64,000 bases of DNA from Diadema setosum (Eukaryota): assembly GCF_964275005.1 (NCBI RefSeq), contig NC_092698.1, positions 24,289,037 to 24,353,036 of the forward strand, read 5' to 3'. The notes beneath the pieces were generated by a model, which saw only the letters and a program-made list of their open reading frames with translations, had not been told where the DNA came from and did not search any database. A program made the position numbers and the translations under genes. The number at the start of each line of letters is the position of its first letter. The first letter of the stretch is position 1. Shown here piece by piece: positions 23,510-34,982 of the stretch.

Positions 23510-23608
23510 GGGCTTGCTTATGCCGAAAATCGTTGTGGAAATGTTCGACGGATCGAGGCGAGACGAAGGACTACTCGGAGCTGGTCTTTACTTTGGAGAC
23601 AGGACGAG
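23510..23608 (+). CDS. PARP4: PARP catalytic exon encoding (R)GLLMPKIVVEMFDGSRRDEGLLGAGLYFGDRT(R/S).
   Basis: Matches PARP4 RGLLLPKVVEDRGVQRTDVGNLGSGIYFSDSLS. Acceptor cactgcag|g, donor acgag|gtggga. Confidence 0.8.
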
Positions 23609-24483
23609 GTGGGAGTCTCTCCCCTCATTTCTCTCTTCGTCCTTTGCCCATTTTACACCTGTCATTTAACCCAGAGCTTACCACAACTCGATGACGGGAA
23701 GGCATTTAAGCGGAGCTCCGTGAAATCAACACCTCTTCGTAAAGAATGTTTTATATTCGACACAGCATAACAATTTCATTCGTTATGATAATCTGCTGAA
23801 ATCAACTGTCTTGATTGTTGATTAGTGATAGCACATCGTTGAAATGATAGTTATCAAATCAGATTGTAGGAGATGTTCATGAAGAATGTTCTATGTCCAA
23901 TAAAGTCTAACAATACCATCCGTTATGAACATCTGCTGCTGAAATCTGTCGTCTGGAATATAAATCAGTGGTAGACTATTGCTGGAAATCAAGATAGTTA
24001 TCGACTCACATTACTGAGCCCTTCATAAATGGCACGATGGTTAATTTAGAAATGTCATGTAATTTATCTGTGCCTTGACCTACTTAATACAGTAAGAACA
24101 GAATAAACTGAATTGACTTCCCTTTTACTTTTTTTACTTTGAATACTCAAAATTGTCAAGATGTCACTCACAGTACAATCCATGACCGTCAGGGATTATC
24201 CTTTACTTAGCGCTTTACAACGACGCGATGTCTCGTTAAAGTTAAGCCCGCCACACACTATACAACTCACGACTATACGACTGACAGACTATGGATCCGA
24301 AATAAATCACAGTAGCCTCAGAATAAACACGCGTGTTTACAGATCCAAAGTCTGTCTAGTCGTGAGTCCGTATAGTGTGCGGCGGGCTTTAAGGTCATTA
24401 AAAAACCCCGAGCTGAATATGGTTCCATGACATTTGCTCCTGTGAGAATTACTCCCATGAAATTTCTACACGATTGGCTAATC

Positions 24484-24597
24484 AGGCTGCTAATCATAAA
24501 TTCTACCCACCAGCATTACCCTAACCCTAATCCTGATCCTCATATCAAACTAAACCTAAAACTTTATCACAACCCTATAACCCTAACCCTAAGTGCT
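24484..24597. repeat. Degenerate interstitial telomere-like repeat, (CCCTAA)n, the complement of the TTAGGG type.
   Basis: ccctaaccctaatcctgatcct...aaccctataaccctaaccctaag. Confidence 0.55.
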
Positions 24598-24706
24598 TGG
24601 CGAAAATAAAACCCAAGCAATTGTCGCAGGAGCAACTGTTGTGTCACCGCTGAAAAAAAACTTACAATCTGATGTCCACCAACATTTGTGATTGAATTCC
24701 TTGTAG

Positions 24707-24890
24707 CACTTGCATCCAGTACTGCAAGAATGGCTACTTCTCCAGAACTCGGATGATGTTCGTCAACAAAGTGGCGCTAGGATCCGTCAAAGACTGCTAT
24801 GAAGTGGACATGACATTGAAAGAAGCTCCGGAGGGATACAACAGCACGCATGGAGTGCGGGCGTCAGTGGATAGACCTTCAGAATTCACA
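24707..24890 (+). CDS. PARP4: PARP catalytic exon encoding (S)TCIQYCKNGYFSRTRMMFVNKVALGSVKDCYEVDMTLKEAPEGYNSTHGVRASVDRPSEFT.
   Basis: Matches PARP4 SIKYSHPGETDGTRLLLICDVALGKCMDLHEKDFSLTEAPPGYDSVHGV. Acceptor cttgtag|c, donor aca|gtaaaa. Confidence 0.8.
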
Positions 24891-25397
24891 GTAAAATAAT
24901 TTTGGAATGATTTCTCACGGTCTAGTGCTATTTATCGGAAAGTCATAATGTGTTGACGAACACGAATTGATCGAAATGCATGCACACATACACATATAAT
25001 TTATATAGATATGCACACATGTAGGGCCTACATGAGTACATACTGTGTATTCTAACGAATGCATTCTGTACATGCACAGTAGTGTATCATTTATTTGAAT
25101 ATCAGATTCTATCCTACGATAGCGAATGATACATTGATATATCCATACTTAAAGGTACTATTTACTATTGGGAGCAGTGATTTTAAAAATGTTCGAATTA
25201 TCACATTTGATGCTTATGTGTAGGTCAGTTGTATCAAAACAGTCCACCATTTGTAAGAAAATTTCTCGGTAAAGTCGAAAATATAAGGAGATGCCACTAT
25301 TTTACTCAATAAACCATAAAATAATGTAGACGGTTTATTTTAGAAAGAACAATTATTATAACTATTGTTGACATTTTGTATAGCTAACAAAACTATA

Positions 25398-26859
25398 GGG
25401 TTTCCCGGTCAATTTCATACTTTTGTCATTCAAGTTCCTATTCCGAGCATTCGATTTCACACATTCTACGCTCGCAGCACTGAATCAGCAATCAAATTCA
25501 AAATCCGGTCATTCGAATTCACTATCCGAGCATTCAAATTCACTATCGGAGCATTCAAATTCACTATCGGAACATTCAAATTCACTATCGGAGCATTCAA
25601 ATTTAAGAGAGGAGCACGCATTTCATCAATGAGCATTCAAATTCATGTCAAGCTGGCGACGGAATCTCGTCGGTCATTCAAATTCGTGAATAGGCAACCA
25701 TGTTCCAAATAACTGCATTCAGTTTAAAAAGAAGTACTGAATTTAGTTAGTTTGGGGCCGTGTATGCATTTCTTTCTCATTTGGCTTTGAATATATTGGG
25801 ATTTATGATGATTATTTATTTTGCAGTAGAGGTCCACCTGTTTATTGACAATTTTGAACTCGCGCTTAGCAAATAGGAATATACAGGCACATGTCCCTCG
25901 GATTGGACATAAAATGGAGGTCCCACATGTAAGAGAGTCACAACTCATGCACGTAAAAGATCCCACTTCATTTATTCATCGCAAAGAGCAGAACATCTAA
26001 CTGGACCCCATATGGAAGACCAGCTTTTGCAGCTGAATATGGGTTATCCAGCCATCTTCTTTGATAGAAAATGAAACAAACAAACAAAAATTAGGCACTG
26101 ATGTATAGGCCTACAGACGAGCATAATACGGAGGGTTGGTTGACACTTTCGAGGAAAAAACCACAATTTCGACTATATTGACACTGATACATGAACATTT
26201 TATACGTGCTGTTTGTTGTGTATTGCTGTCTTATTGGTTTACTTTTGCGGGACTATGTGAGATCATTGTGTGTCAGTTTGTCTTAATTGTCATTATGTGG
26301 TTGGTGTTGGGGCGTTGTCAGCATGTAGTATCGTCAAGGAATATGATTACTAGTCGTTGTGTTGTTTTTATGCACTGCTGATTGGACATTGCAATTTGAA
26401 ATTTATTAAGATGAAAAACAAAGAATACATGAACAGAGAACAATGTAGAACATGTAAAATATCCTAATTACACTATATGCAAACATTCATTGGTTGTGTT
26501 GGCCCTTTTTCCTTTCTTAAAATTCTCCTCCATTTTCCTCGTTAAATTGATTGCACGAAGTAGGAACTTGATCGCCTAAAAATGAATTTGAACGCTCCAA
26601 ACAAGCTCATTGGGACTATCACGTGACTATCGCATGAATTTGAATGCACGAGTAGGAAAGTCGGTGCTCGCATTTTGAAATTGAGTGCCCAATCGTGAAT
26701 TTGATATCACGAAAACGAAATAGAACGCTCATAAATGAAATTGATCGCTCGGATTCTGAATTTGAATGCCCGAATATTTTCGCGTGCGTGCGCTGCGTGA
26801 ATTTGAATGCACATTAATGAATTTGAGTGACATAAGTATGAAATTGACCGGGAAAACCT
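25398..26859 (+). mobile_element. Non-autonomous TIR DNA transposon, copy A (~1.46 kb). It has ~35-bp TIRs (GGGTTTCCCGGTCAATTTCATACTTTTGTCA), arrays of subterminal GCATTCAAATTC-type repeats at both ends, and an embedded SINE-like module. It sits in an intron of the PARP4-like gene.
   Basis: The 5' end gggtttcccggtcaatttcatacttttgtcattcaa is the reverse complement of the 3' end ttgagtgacataagtatgaaattgaccgggaaaacc. It is flanked by TATA on both sides. Tandem cattcaaattcactatcggagc repeats lie at 25500-25620, and the inverted repeat gaatttgaatgc lies at 26630-26830. Confidence 0.7.
25905..26090 (+). mobile_element. SINE-like retroposon module (conserved 3' part ending in a (CAAA)n tail), embedded in TIR element copy A.
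   Basis: Shares ggacataaaat.gagg.ccca..tgt.agag.agtcacaactcatgc...ttcattcatcgcaaa with the standalone copy at 43700-43807. The same module occurs inverted in copy B (about 30700-30950), and there is a partial copy at 45405-45545. Confidence 0.5.
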
Positions 26860-27186
26860 ATATTATACTAATTAACATTTTTTACATTGGGTGTTTCTAT
26901 CCCTAACTGACATTTTAAAACTATTTTTAAGCACTGAAGCTAGGTTTTTGTTTCAGCTGCAAATGGTAAATACCCTGGCAATACCTTTTAATCAATCCCA
27001 TTGATATCATCAGGGGCAGATATTACGTAACCCAAATTTTACAGCAGGCTTACCAAAGGAGCATAGCTGCATATAATTATGACGTCCATTACCTACACTG
27101 TCTTGAAGCCGTCTCTTCTGTATATTTGCAAGTGCACCGCAAACAGGAAAAGTTTTCTTTTACCGAAACTTTTTCGTCCCTTGCAG

Positions 27187-27334
27187 GAGGACGAGTACGT
27201 TGTGTATTCCGCCGGGCAGCAGTGCATACGATATCTCGTCGAGTTCAGCATCGACGGGGACGATGACATGGTGGACGGTTTCGACTTCCGAGAGGAAAGC
27301 GACGTGGAAGATGAAGAACCGTACGAGAAGATCG
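27187..27334 (+). CDS. PARP4: Exon at the end of the PARP catalytic domain: EDEYVVYSAGQQCIRYLVEFSIDGDDDMVDGFDFREESDVEDEEPYEKI(G).
   Basis: Matches PARP4 DDEFVVYKTNQVKMKYIIKFSMPGDQ. Acceptor ccttgcag|g, donor atcg|gtatgc. Anchored by the ORF-track frame 27079. Confidence 0.8.
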
Positions 27335-27392
27335 GTATGCTGCACTAATAGTCTTTCAGATGTTGCTGAGATTAGATATGAATAAACCGATG

Positions 27393-27441
27393 ATGATGAT
27401 GATGATGATGACGACAATGATGATGAGGGTGCTGGTGGTTG

Positions 27442-27487
<46 letters not shown>

Positions 27488-27591
27488 AATGGGAAGGAGG
27501 AGGAGGTAGAGGAGGAGGAGGAGGAGAAAAGGAGAAATAAGAAGAGGAGCAGAAGAAGGGAAGAGGAAAATAAAGAGATATATAGGTAGGT

Positions 27592-27656
<65 letters not shown>
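27393..27656. repeat. Compound microsatellite: (GAT)n, then (GGA)n and purine-rich sequence, then (GATA)n.
   Basis: gatgatgat..., ggaggaggag..., gatagatagata...; another (GAA/GGA)n tract lies at 28340-28460. Confidence 0.9.
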
Positions 27657-28190
27657 TAATGGTCTGTATTCAAATCATGCGTGGCAACGAGAGGTTGAAT
27701 TGTGCATTAGTTTACATGAGTTTACATGAGTTCACATAAAAGATACACACTCTCGCACGCGTACATACACTTGCTCGCACACGTTGTCCTCTCATATCAT
27801 CTTACTATATTGCACGTGGGTAAAACTAAAACCTACACTTCATACACAGCGATGAAAACAAGGTCTGAAGAAGAAAAGTTTGGAAATAACAAGACGCAAA
27901 AGCAGCGGGTAAGGAGGAAATAATGATGAAACTGAGAAGAAGATGGAGATGAGGGTATCATGGAGAGACGCAGGTTATATGGCGTAAAATTTCGCGGAAA
28001 TGGGGGATTGAGAATGTAATAATATAAACCCACTGGCTATCAACACGAAATACACATCAAAATGCATTCCTAATTAGTATTATTTTGTCCCTGATGGGAG
28101 GGCTCAGAGAGAGAATGAGAGGAAAGATCCGAGGAGGAAAAAGTAGGAGGTGGACAACTAAAGCATTCAATATCTTTCATCACTTTCCAG

Positions 28191-28324
28191 ATCTCCTGGA
28201 CGTACAAGGCTGCAGGGATCCCGTCAGTCAAATAGACGCCGGACTCGTAGCGGACAATGGACGGGAGTGCGTCGACCTGCGAGAAGTTCACATTCGTGGA
28301 CACATAACTGATCTTGCGGCCAAG
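28191..28324 (+). CDS. PARP4: Linker exon encoding (D)LLDVQGCRDPVSQIDAGLVADNGRECVDLREVHIRGHITDLAAK.
   Basis: Matches PARP4 GNLVPLEDVHIKGRIIDTVAQV. Acceptor ctttccag|at, donor caag|gtatac. Confidence 0.75.
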
Positions 28325-28644
28325 GTATACCCAGGATGATAAGATAGAAGAAGGAAAGAAAAATGAAGGAGAATAAAAAAAAATACGAAAGGAGGATAAG
28401 GAGAAGAAGAAGAAAAAGAATGAGGAGGAGAAGGAGGAGGAAGAAGAAGAGGAGAGAAAAAAATAACCCTATGCTAATTATCTGTTTATAAGAAAGGCAC
28501 GTGCGTCTAGTCAGCATTACCAATAATGTATTGTATCGATTTGACAAGTGGCAGCAATACGAGAGTAGTTCATGTGCGTTCAGTGTGTAGGCTTAGAGAT
28601 ATTGTCATTTCCCCCTTGTCCGGCTACAGATAACAGTCTTACAG

Positions 28645-28854
28645 GTGTACCAGAGCACAAAGTCCGACGGTGACGTTTCGGAAGCCCGTTATGTGTTCCC
28701 GCTCGACGACCGGGCGGCCGTCTGCGGCTTCGAAGCCTACATCAACGGGAAACACGTGATTGGTCAGGTGAAGACCAAAGAAAGGGCAAAAGAGGAATTT
28801 CAGGCTGCAGTCCGAGCTGGTCATGGGGCTTACTTGATGCAAGAGGAAGCGTCG
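28645..28854 (+). CDS. PARP4: VIT-domain exon encoding VYQSTKSDGDVSEARYVFPLDDRAAVCGFEAYINGKHVIGQVKTKERAKEEFQAAVRAGHGAYLMQEEAS.
   Basis: Near-colinear with the PARP4 VIT domain KYIFPLDDKAAVCGFEAFINGKHIVGEIKEKEEAQQEYLEAVTQGHGAYLMSQDAP. Acceptor ttacag|gtg, donor tcg|gttagt. 70 codons. Confidence 0.85.
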
Positions 28855-29375
28855 GTTAGTATAATTGTTGATAATATTGTGGATGGATTTTCAAATATTT
28901 CAGAATGTTGGCCTGTTTGGCGCTCCATGGTACGAGTATGCTATTTGCAAAATGACGCCACTGTTTATGACGACATTTTCCAAATCGTGCACTATTCGTG
29001 AAAGGATATCTCAAAGTAACTGTGACATCACAAAGCAATTCTGACATTGCGCGCTGCATCTTAAAGTGACCCAAAGCAATTTATTGTCGTACATTTGAAT
29101 AGTATAATGCAATTACATTCTTGCGTTTATGATATATTATGACTCCTGTCTTTTAGTTTTTTGTCTATTTCCCTCTCTATATATACATTTACAGAGGGAA
29201 AGACAGGGGAAGGGAGAGAGAGAGAAAGTGCAAATTATCAGAATCATCTCTCCATCATGTTCATAGAAGTTGCTATGTATATACTCTAGTGGCGTTCTTC
29301 TGTCCAGGGGTTATATTGAACACACAATAAGATGAATAGCAGATTTAAGCTCTTCTTCGATCGCTGTATGGACAG

Positions 29376-29564
29376 AACGTCTTCTCCGTGAGCATCGGCA
29401 ACCTGCCCTCCCTCGCCACCGTGGTCATCCAGATCACGTATGTCACCGAGCTCGGGGCGGAGGACGATCACGCGGTCTTCTCCCTGCTCGGCAGCGTGGC
29501 CCCGTGGATACGAAAGGAGATCCAAGGCAGTCAGTTGACCGCTGACCAGCAGGCGGTCTCCGGA
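29376..29564 (+). CDS. PARP4: VIT-domain exon encoding NVFSVSIGNLPSLATVVIQITYVTELGAEDDHAVFSLLGSVAPWIRKEIQGSQLTADQQAVSG.
   Basis: Matches PARP4 DVFTVSVGNLPPKAKVLIKITYITELSILGTVGVFFMPATVAPW. Acceptor ggacag|aac, donor gga|gtgagt. 63 codons. Confidence 0.8.
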
Positions 29565-29922
29565 GTGAGTGGGCGGGAGAATGAGAGGTGAATGCACTTT
29601 ACGTTATTCCTCAGACATTCTTGGCAAGTTCCAGCTCTGAACATAACCAATAGCAACCACACGTCTATCAGGGACCAGCTGAAGAACAGCCATTTGCTGA
29701 AGCAGGTTCCGTGCTAAAATAAGATAAAATAAGCTGAACTGTCTTCTTGATCTATTCGCTCATCGCAGTATTTACATAACCATGAGCAATTCATAATTTT
29801 GATCTCACTTGTATGCCGTAATTAATGCGTGGTGTCTTATCAATACTAGTTTCTATATGATTCCAGAAGTGACAGCCTGTTGTTTCACGAGTGGTCAGCA
29901 TGAGATTTGTAATAATAATATA

Positions 29923-31390
29923 GGTTTTCCCGGTCAATTTCATACTTTTGTCACTCAAATTCATTAATGTGCATTCAAATTCACGCAGCGCACGCACGCG
30001 AAAATATTCGGGCATTCAAATTCAGAATCAAAGCGATCAATTTCGTTTATGAGCGTTCTATTTCGTTTTCGTGATATCAAATTCACGATTGGGCATTCAA
30101 TTTCAAAATGCGAGCACCGACTTTCCTACTCGTGCATTCAAATTCATGCGATAGTCACGTGATAGTTCCCATGAGCTTGTCTGGAGCGTTCAAATTCATT
30201 TTTAGGCGATCAAGTTCCTACTTCGTGCAATCAATTTAACGAGGAAAATGGAGGAGACTTTCAAGAAATGAAAAAGGGCCAACACAACCAATGAATGTTT
30301 GCATATAGTGTAATTAGGATTGTTCACATGTTCTACATTGTTCTCTGTTCATGTATTCTTTGTTTTTCATCTCAATAAATTTCAAATTGCAATGTCCAAT
30401 CAGCAGTGCATCCAAACAACACAACGACTAGTAATCATATTGCTTGATGATACTGCATGCTGACAACGCCCTAACACCAACCACATAATGACAATTCATC
30501 AATTTAAGACAAACTGACACACAATGATCTCACATAGTGCCGCAAAAGTAAATCAATAAGACAGCAATACACAACAAACAACAAGTATAAAATGTTCATG
30601 TATCAGTTTCAATATAGTCGACATTGTGTTTTTTTCCCTCGAAAGTGTCAACCAACCCTCCGTATTATGCTCGTCTGTAGGCCTATACAGTGCCTAATCT
30701 TTGCTTGTTTGTTTCATTTTCTATCAAAGAAGATGGCTGGATAACCCATATTCAGCTGCAAAAGCTCGTCTTCCATATGGGGTCCAGTTAGATGTTTTGC
30801 TCTTTGCGATGAATAAATGAAGTGGGATCTTTCACGTGCATGAGTTGTGACTCTCTTACACGTGGGACCTCCATTTTATGTCCAATCCGAGGGACATGTG
30901 CCTGTATATTCCTATTTGCTAAGCGCTAGTTTAAAATTGTCAATTAACAGATGCATGGACCTCTACTGAAAAATAAATAATCATCATAAATCCCATATTC
31001 AAAGCCCAATGAGAAACACATGCATACACGGCCCCAAACTAACTAAATTCAGGACTTCTTTTAAATTGAATGCAGTTATTTGGAACATGGTTGCCTATTC
31101 ACGAATTTGAATGACCGACGAGATTCCGTCGCCAGCTTGACATGAATTTGAATGCTCATTAATGAAATGCGTGCTCCTCTCTTAAATTTGAATGCTCCGA
31201 TAGTGAATTTGAATGTTCCGATAGTGAATTTGAATGCTCCGATAGTGAATTTGAATGCTCCGAGAGTGAACTCGAATGACCGGATTTTGAATTTGATTGC
31301 TGATTCAGTGCTGCGAGCGTGGAATGCGTGAAATCGAATGCTCGGAATAGGAACTTGAATGACAAAAGTATGAAATTGACCGGGAAAACC
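29923..31390 (-). mobile_element. TIR DNA transposon copy B, an inverted and ~98% identical duplicate of copy A, in the next-but-one PARP4-like intron. It is followed by an (AAT)n microsatellite at 31393-31478.
   Basis: The reverse complement of 29923-31390 aligns end-to-end with 25398-26859, including the TIRs, the subterminal repeats and the SINE-like insert. Confidence 0.7.
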
Positions 31391-31477
<87 letters not shown>

Positions 31478-31992
31478 TTGAATAATATGAATAATAACAA
31501 TGATAATTATAACATTAACAATTATTATCATCATCATTATCATTAGTAGTAGTAGTAGTATTTGTAGTAATATCATCATAGCCATCGTAATCATTTTAGA
31601 ATGATGATGATTATCATTGTTGTTATCATTGTCATTGGAATTACTGTCAAAAATGATTTGTATGTTAAACATTGTTTCTATGATATTACAGTAAAAGTGA
31701 TGCGTTAAAATCAAAATCTGTATGTTGGAGTTATACATAATGATGAAACACGAACTACAGAAGACCAAATATTATCTAATAAAATCCTATTCGTACTTGC
31801 GCCCTCAGTCAACACGTTATGCCAATGTCCCTCTCGACCCAGTTGTAAAAATGGACATCTGGCAAAGCCGAGGCATTGAATAGCAAGTCGCTTAAAGAGA
31901 GGAGATGTAACACTAAAGATACTGCTCCATGTAAACGAGACTCCTCTAACATGTTTTAATTATTTTCATGACGAAACTCCAAACACAGGAAG

Positions 31993-32070
31993 GAATCTCT
32001 ACAACTCAGCATCAAGATGGCGTCGGATATTCAACGCCTGGAGTCGCCAACACATCAAATCAAGGCTAAG
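31993..32070 (+). CDS. PARP4: Exon encoding ESLQLSIKMASDIQRLESPTHQIKAK. The acceptor is uncertain by a few nt (alternative cag| at 31988).
   Basis: Matches PARP4 KQSFSLTMSIEMPYVIEFIFSDTHELKQK. Donor gctaag|gtatcc. The start at 31993 is the only choice that keeps phase 0 after the 29564 exon. Confidence 0.5.
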
Positions 32071-33299
32071 GTATCCCAAATCGAAATCAAGACGTGACTC
32101 TGAACAAAGTACATGTAGTTCTTTCCTTTCTTTTCAAAACCGAGTTGCATGGTTACTATACATAGCAATCAATACGTATGCCCCCCCCCCCACACACACA
32201 CACATACGCACGCAAATAAACAGACCCAATAACAGAAAAATAACGAAACAAGTTTCTGGATTATGGGTTATTACGTTGGAATGCGTGGCAAAGGGCTGAC
32301 TCGCCCGACACATCGTCAATGGAATCAGTAATCAAAACATGTTCAGCCCTAGAAGCGACGTGTTCGCACCTTCAATTCAGCTTCAAACTATGGCTTTAAT
32401 GATGATTGTTTACTCTTTGATGACGTCACTATGGCCTTAATGATGATTGTTTACTCTTTGATGACGTCACTATGGCTTTAATGATGATTTTTTTTACTCC
32501 TGGTGATATTGACGACGTCTCTCGTCACCAAGATTGCTTGATGTTATCGTTAGCAACGTTAGATTAAAGGCATAATTTACCATTTGTAGATGAAACAAAA
32601 ACAAAGCATTAGTGCTTCAAAATAGTTCTAAAATGTGAGTTAGGGATAGAAACATCCAATGTGAAAACTTGAACCAGTATAATCGATGCTAAGTATTGTT
32701 AAATATACAAAATGTGAGCAATAGTTATAACAAAAATGTTTCCAGACTAAACCGTCTACAGTTATGGTTTAATGAGAAAAATAGTGATATCTCCTTATAC
32801 TTTAGGCTTTATTGCAAAAATTGTATATGGCAGGACGTTTTGTGATACAACTGACCTACACGTATGCATCCAAAGTGATATCTCGAACATTTTTAAATCA
32901 CTGCTCCAAAGGTAAACAGGACCGTTAATACAAATGACTCTGGACCGAGAAACAGGTAAACTTTAGACTATTCACGGGGCCTATCAATAATATCGGTTGA
33001 TCCATGAGGGTTGGGATGGCGAGGCACGGAAAACTGAAGCTCATCCCATCTCGATAAATTTGGGTGCATTTAGCAGTTGTTGTTGTTGTTGCTGCTGCTA
33101 CTGCTGCTGTTATTATTATTGTTTCAATAGATGTGACTAAGAAATCTATTTCAGGAACGATCTTTCGGTTGTAGTGATAATTATTTGCAACGGTGTGCAG
33201 TTCTAATTTAAATGTTAGAAGAGGTATTTTATGCAAGAGGGCTGTGGTATTCTAACTGCTCATCTATCTTTTTTCTTTTTTTTTCTTTTTTTTTTACAG

Positions 33300-33434
33300 A
33301 TTGGAGGGAGCAAAGCAACTGTCACTCTACAGGACTCCGTTAAGTTAGGTGATGGTTTTCAATTGCTTGTGGGCGTTACTGATCCGCATCGGCCCCGCAT
33401 GTGGCAAGAATACGACCCGAAACGAGATTCTTAC
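33300..33434 (+). CDS. PARP4: Exon encoding IGGSKATVTLQDSVKLGDGFQLLVGVTDPHRPRMWQEYDPKRDSY.
   Basis: Matches PARP4 ...SSGFSLHIGLSAAYLPRMWVEKHPEKES. Acceptor (t)n acag|att, donor tac|gtaagt. Confidence 0.75.
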
Positions 33435-33996
33435 GTAAGTTCCTTGGCCAGAGTTCGATCATATCCATTTGCGGACTTTGGTTCTTCTCGTAACAGTATT
33501 TGTGTCAAAATTCTCATGCACATCATCACTGATGATAGTCTCAAGATTCCTGCTGTAGTTTACCTACAAACCCAGACAATGCTTGAAAGCATATTCTTTA
33601 TCAATTACTTTTTGAGAAACATTTCATGCATTCAAAAGATCGTTACAATGGTGAATTTTGTGAGAAAGCAGAAAGGGAATATTCCATACGAAATATTTGA
33701 CATATTATGAAACGTCTAAGTGCTAAGATAAAGTCAAGGACTGAAGCCTGCATTTTCTACCCCTCAGTCCAGTTCTTTTCTTGTCTGCAAACTGTCAGCG
33801 GTCCATAGTCCTATTGCCTATCTAGAGTTGTAGATTAGTTTTAGCTAATAAAGTAATTTCAAAGCCGATTTTCACGACAGTGTTTGACGAACAATTCGTT
33901 GATAAAAGGCAGCAATGCTTCTTGATTGAAAGTGCTTTGCATTAAAGTGTTAATTGTAACGGCTTCGCTTCATAATGATCGTTTTTATTTCCACAG

Positions 33997-34186
33997 GCCA
34001 GCATGGCAGTCTTTTATCCTGAGTTTCCGGCGTTCGTGCCCATTGTTGACCCGGAAGTAGTTCTGCTCCTTGATTGCTCCACGTCTATGAAAGGGCAGCC
34101 GAAGGAGGACGCCAAGAAGCTGAGCAAACTGATCCTTGAGATGTTGCCAAGCCAAAGCCAATTCAATGTAATTGCATTCGGTACAG
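33997..34186 (+). CDS. PARP4: vWA-domain exon carrying the MIDAS motif: ASMAVFYPEFPAFVPIVDPEVVLLLDCSTSMKGQPKEDAKKLSKLILEMLPSQSQFNVIAFGT(G).
   Basis: Matches PARP4 ACMLVFQPDLDVDLPDLASESEVIICLDCSSSMEGVTFLQAKQIALHALSLVGEKQKVNIIQFGTG. Acceptor ccacag|gcc, donor cag|gtatgt. Confidence 0.85.
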
Positions 34187-34376
34187 GTATGTCTTCATTC
34201 CACTGCCTGGCGATCGACATGGTGTTAAAGACAAGGATTTAATAGATAGATACAAATGATTTTGTAAGACTCAATGATGGAATTCTGGTTAAAAAAAAAG
34301 ATAGGTGATATCTTTTGTTTCTACCCAGGTGATCAGATGATTGTGAATGATACGTTTGAATCTGAGCAATAGGTTG

Positions 34377-34772
34377 GTTAAAGGATATGGTACAGTATTG
34401 GTGGATATGAGAATTGGGCTTTTAACTTTTTGCGAAATACCAAGAAAACTCTAATGATAATAGTACAGAGCATACCATTTTAGGAGGAATTCAAAGTTTA
34501 TTTGGTGAAAATCAGGTTTGAAATTATTGAAACATCCAAAAACAAAGTAAAACAAAGCGATCATAATAAAGTGTGGGTCCCACAATTTATTAGAATCGCT
34601 CTTTTTTGATATCTCAGCCATTTCAAAACCAATTTTCATCAAATGAATATTGAATTCCTCATAGAAGTACATGCTCTTTCATATTCTATAAGAGGTTTCT
34701 CATTATCTCACCAAAAAAAAATGTTAGAAACCTGAAATTAGGTCTCAACCAAAACTATACGATCCCTTTAAA
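34377..34772. mobile_element. Foldback MITE (A-variant), complete, about 400 bp. The whole body is a near-perfect palindrome.
   Basis: TIRs ttaaagg(g/a)at.gtacag / ctatacgatccctttaa. The left half (gaaaatcaggtttgaaat..) is the reverse complement of the right half (atttcaaaaccaattttcatc). More than 90% identical to the copy at 39490-39885. Confidence 0.7.
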
Positions 34773-34982
34773 GCATGATATTAGTTGCCAAAATCAAGTA
34801 TTCTGTCAGCTGTAACTTGAAAGTGTTAAATGATGACAGTGGCATTTTCAGTAGATTCAACATAGCACTATGTGTTGGTACAGGTTTTCATTGATTCATA
34901 GGTGGTAAACTTATATTCCTCTGCCTTGTTGATTCATATATAATGTATTCATCTTGTATTCCCACGTCTCCTACTGTGAAAG

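Noticed and set aside
31076-31768. 230-aa minus-strand ORF, and ORFs 25365-25712 and 31159-31365, with FKFTIGAFKFTIG repeats.
   Set aside because: These are translations of the transposon's subterminal tandem repeats and the adjacent (AAT)n microsatellite, not genes.
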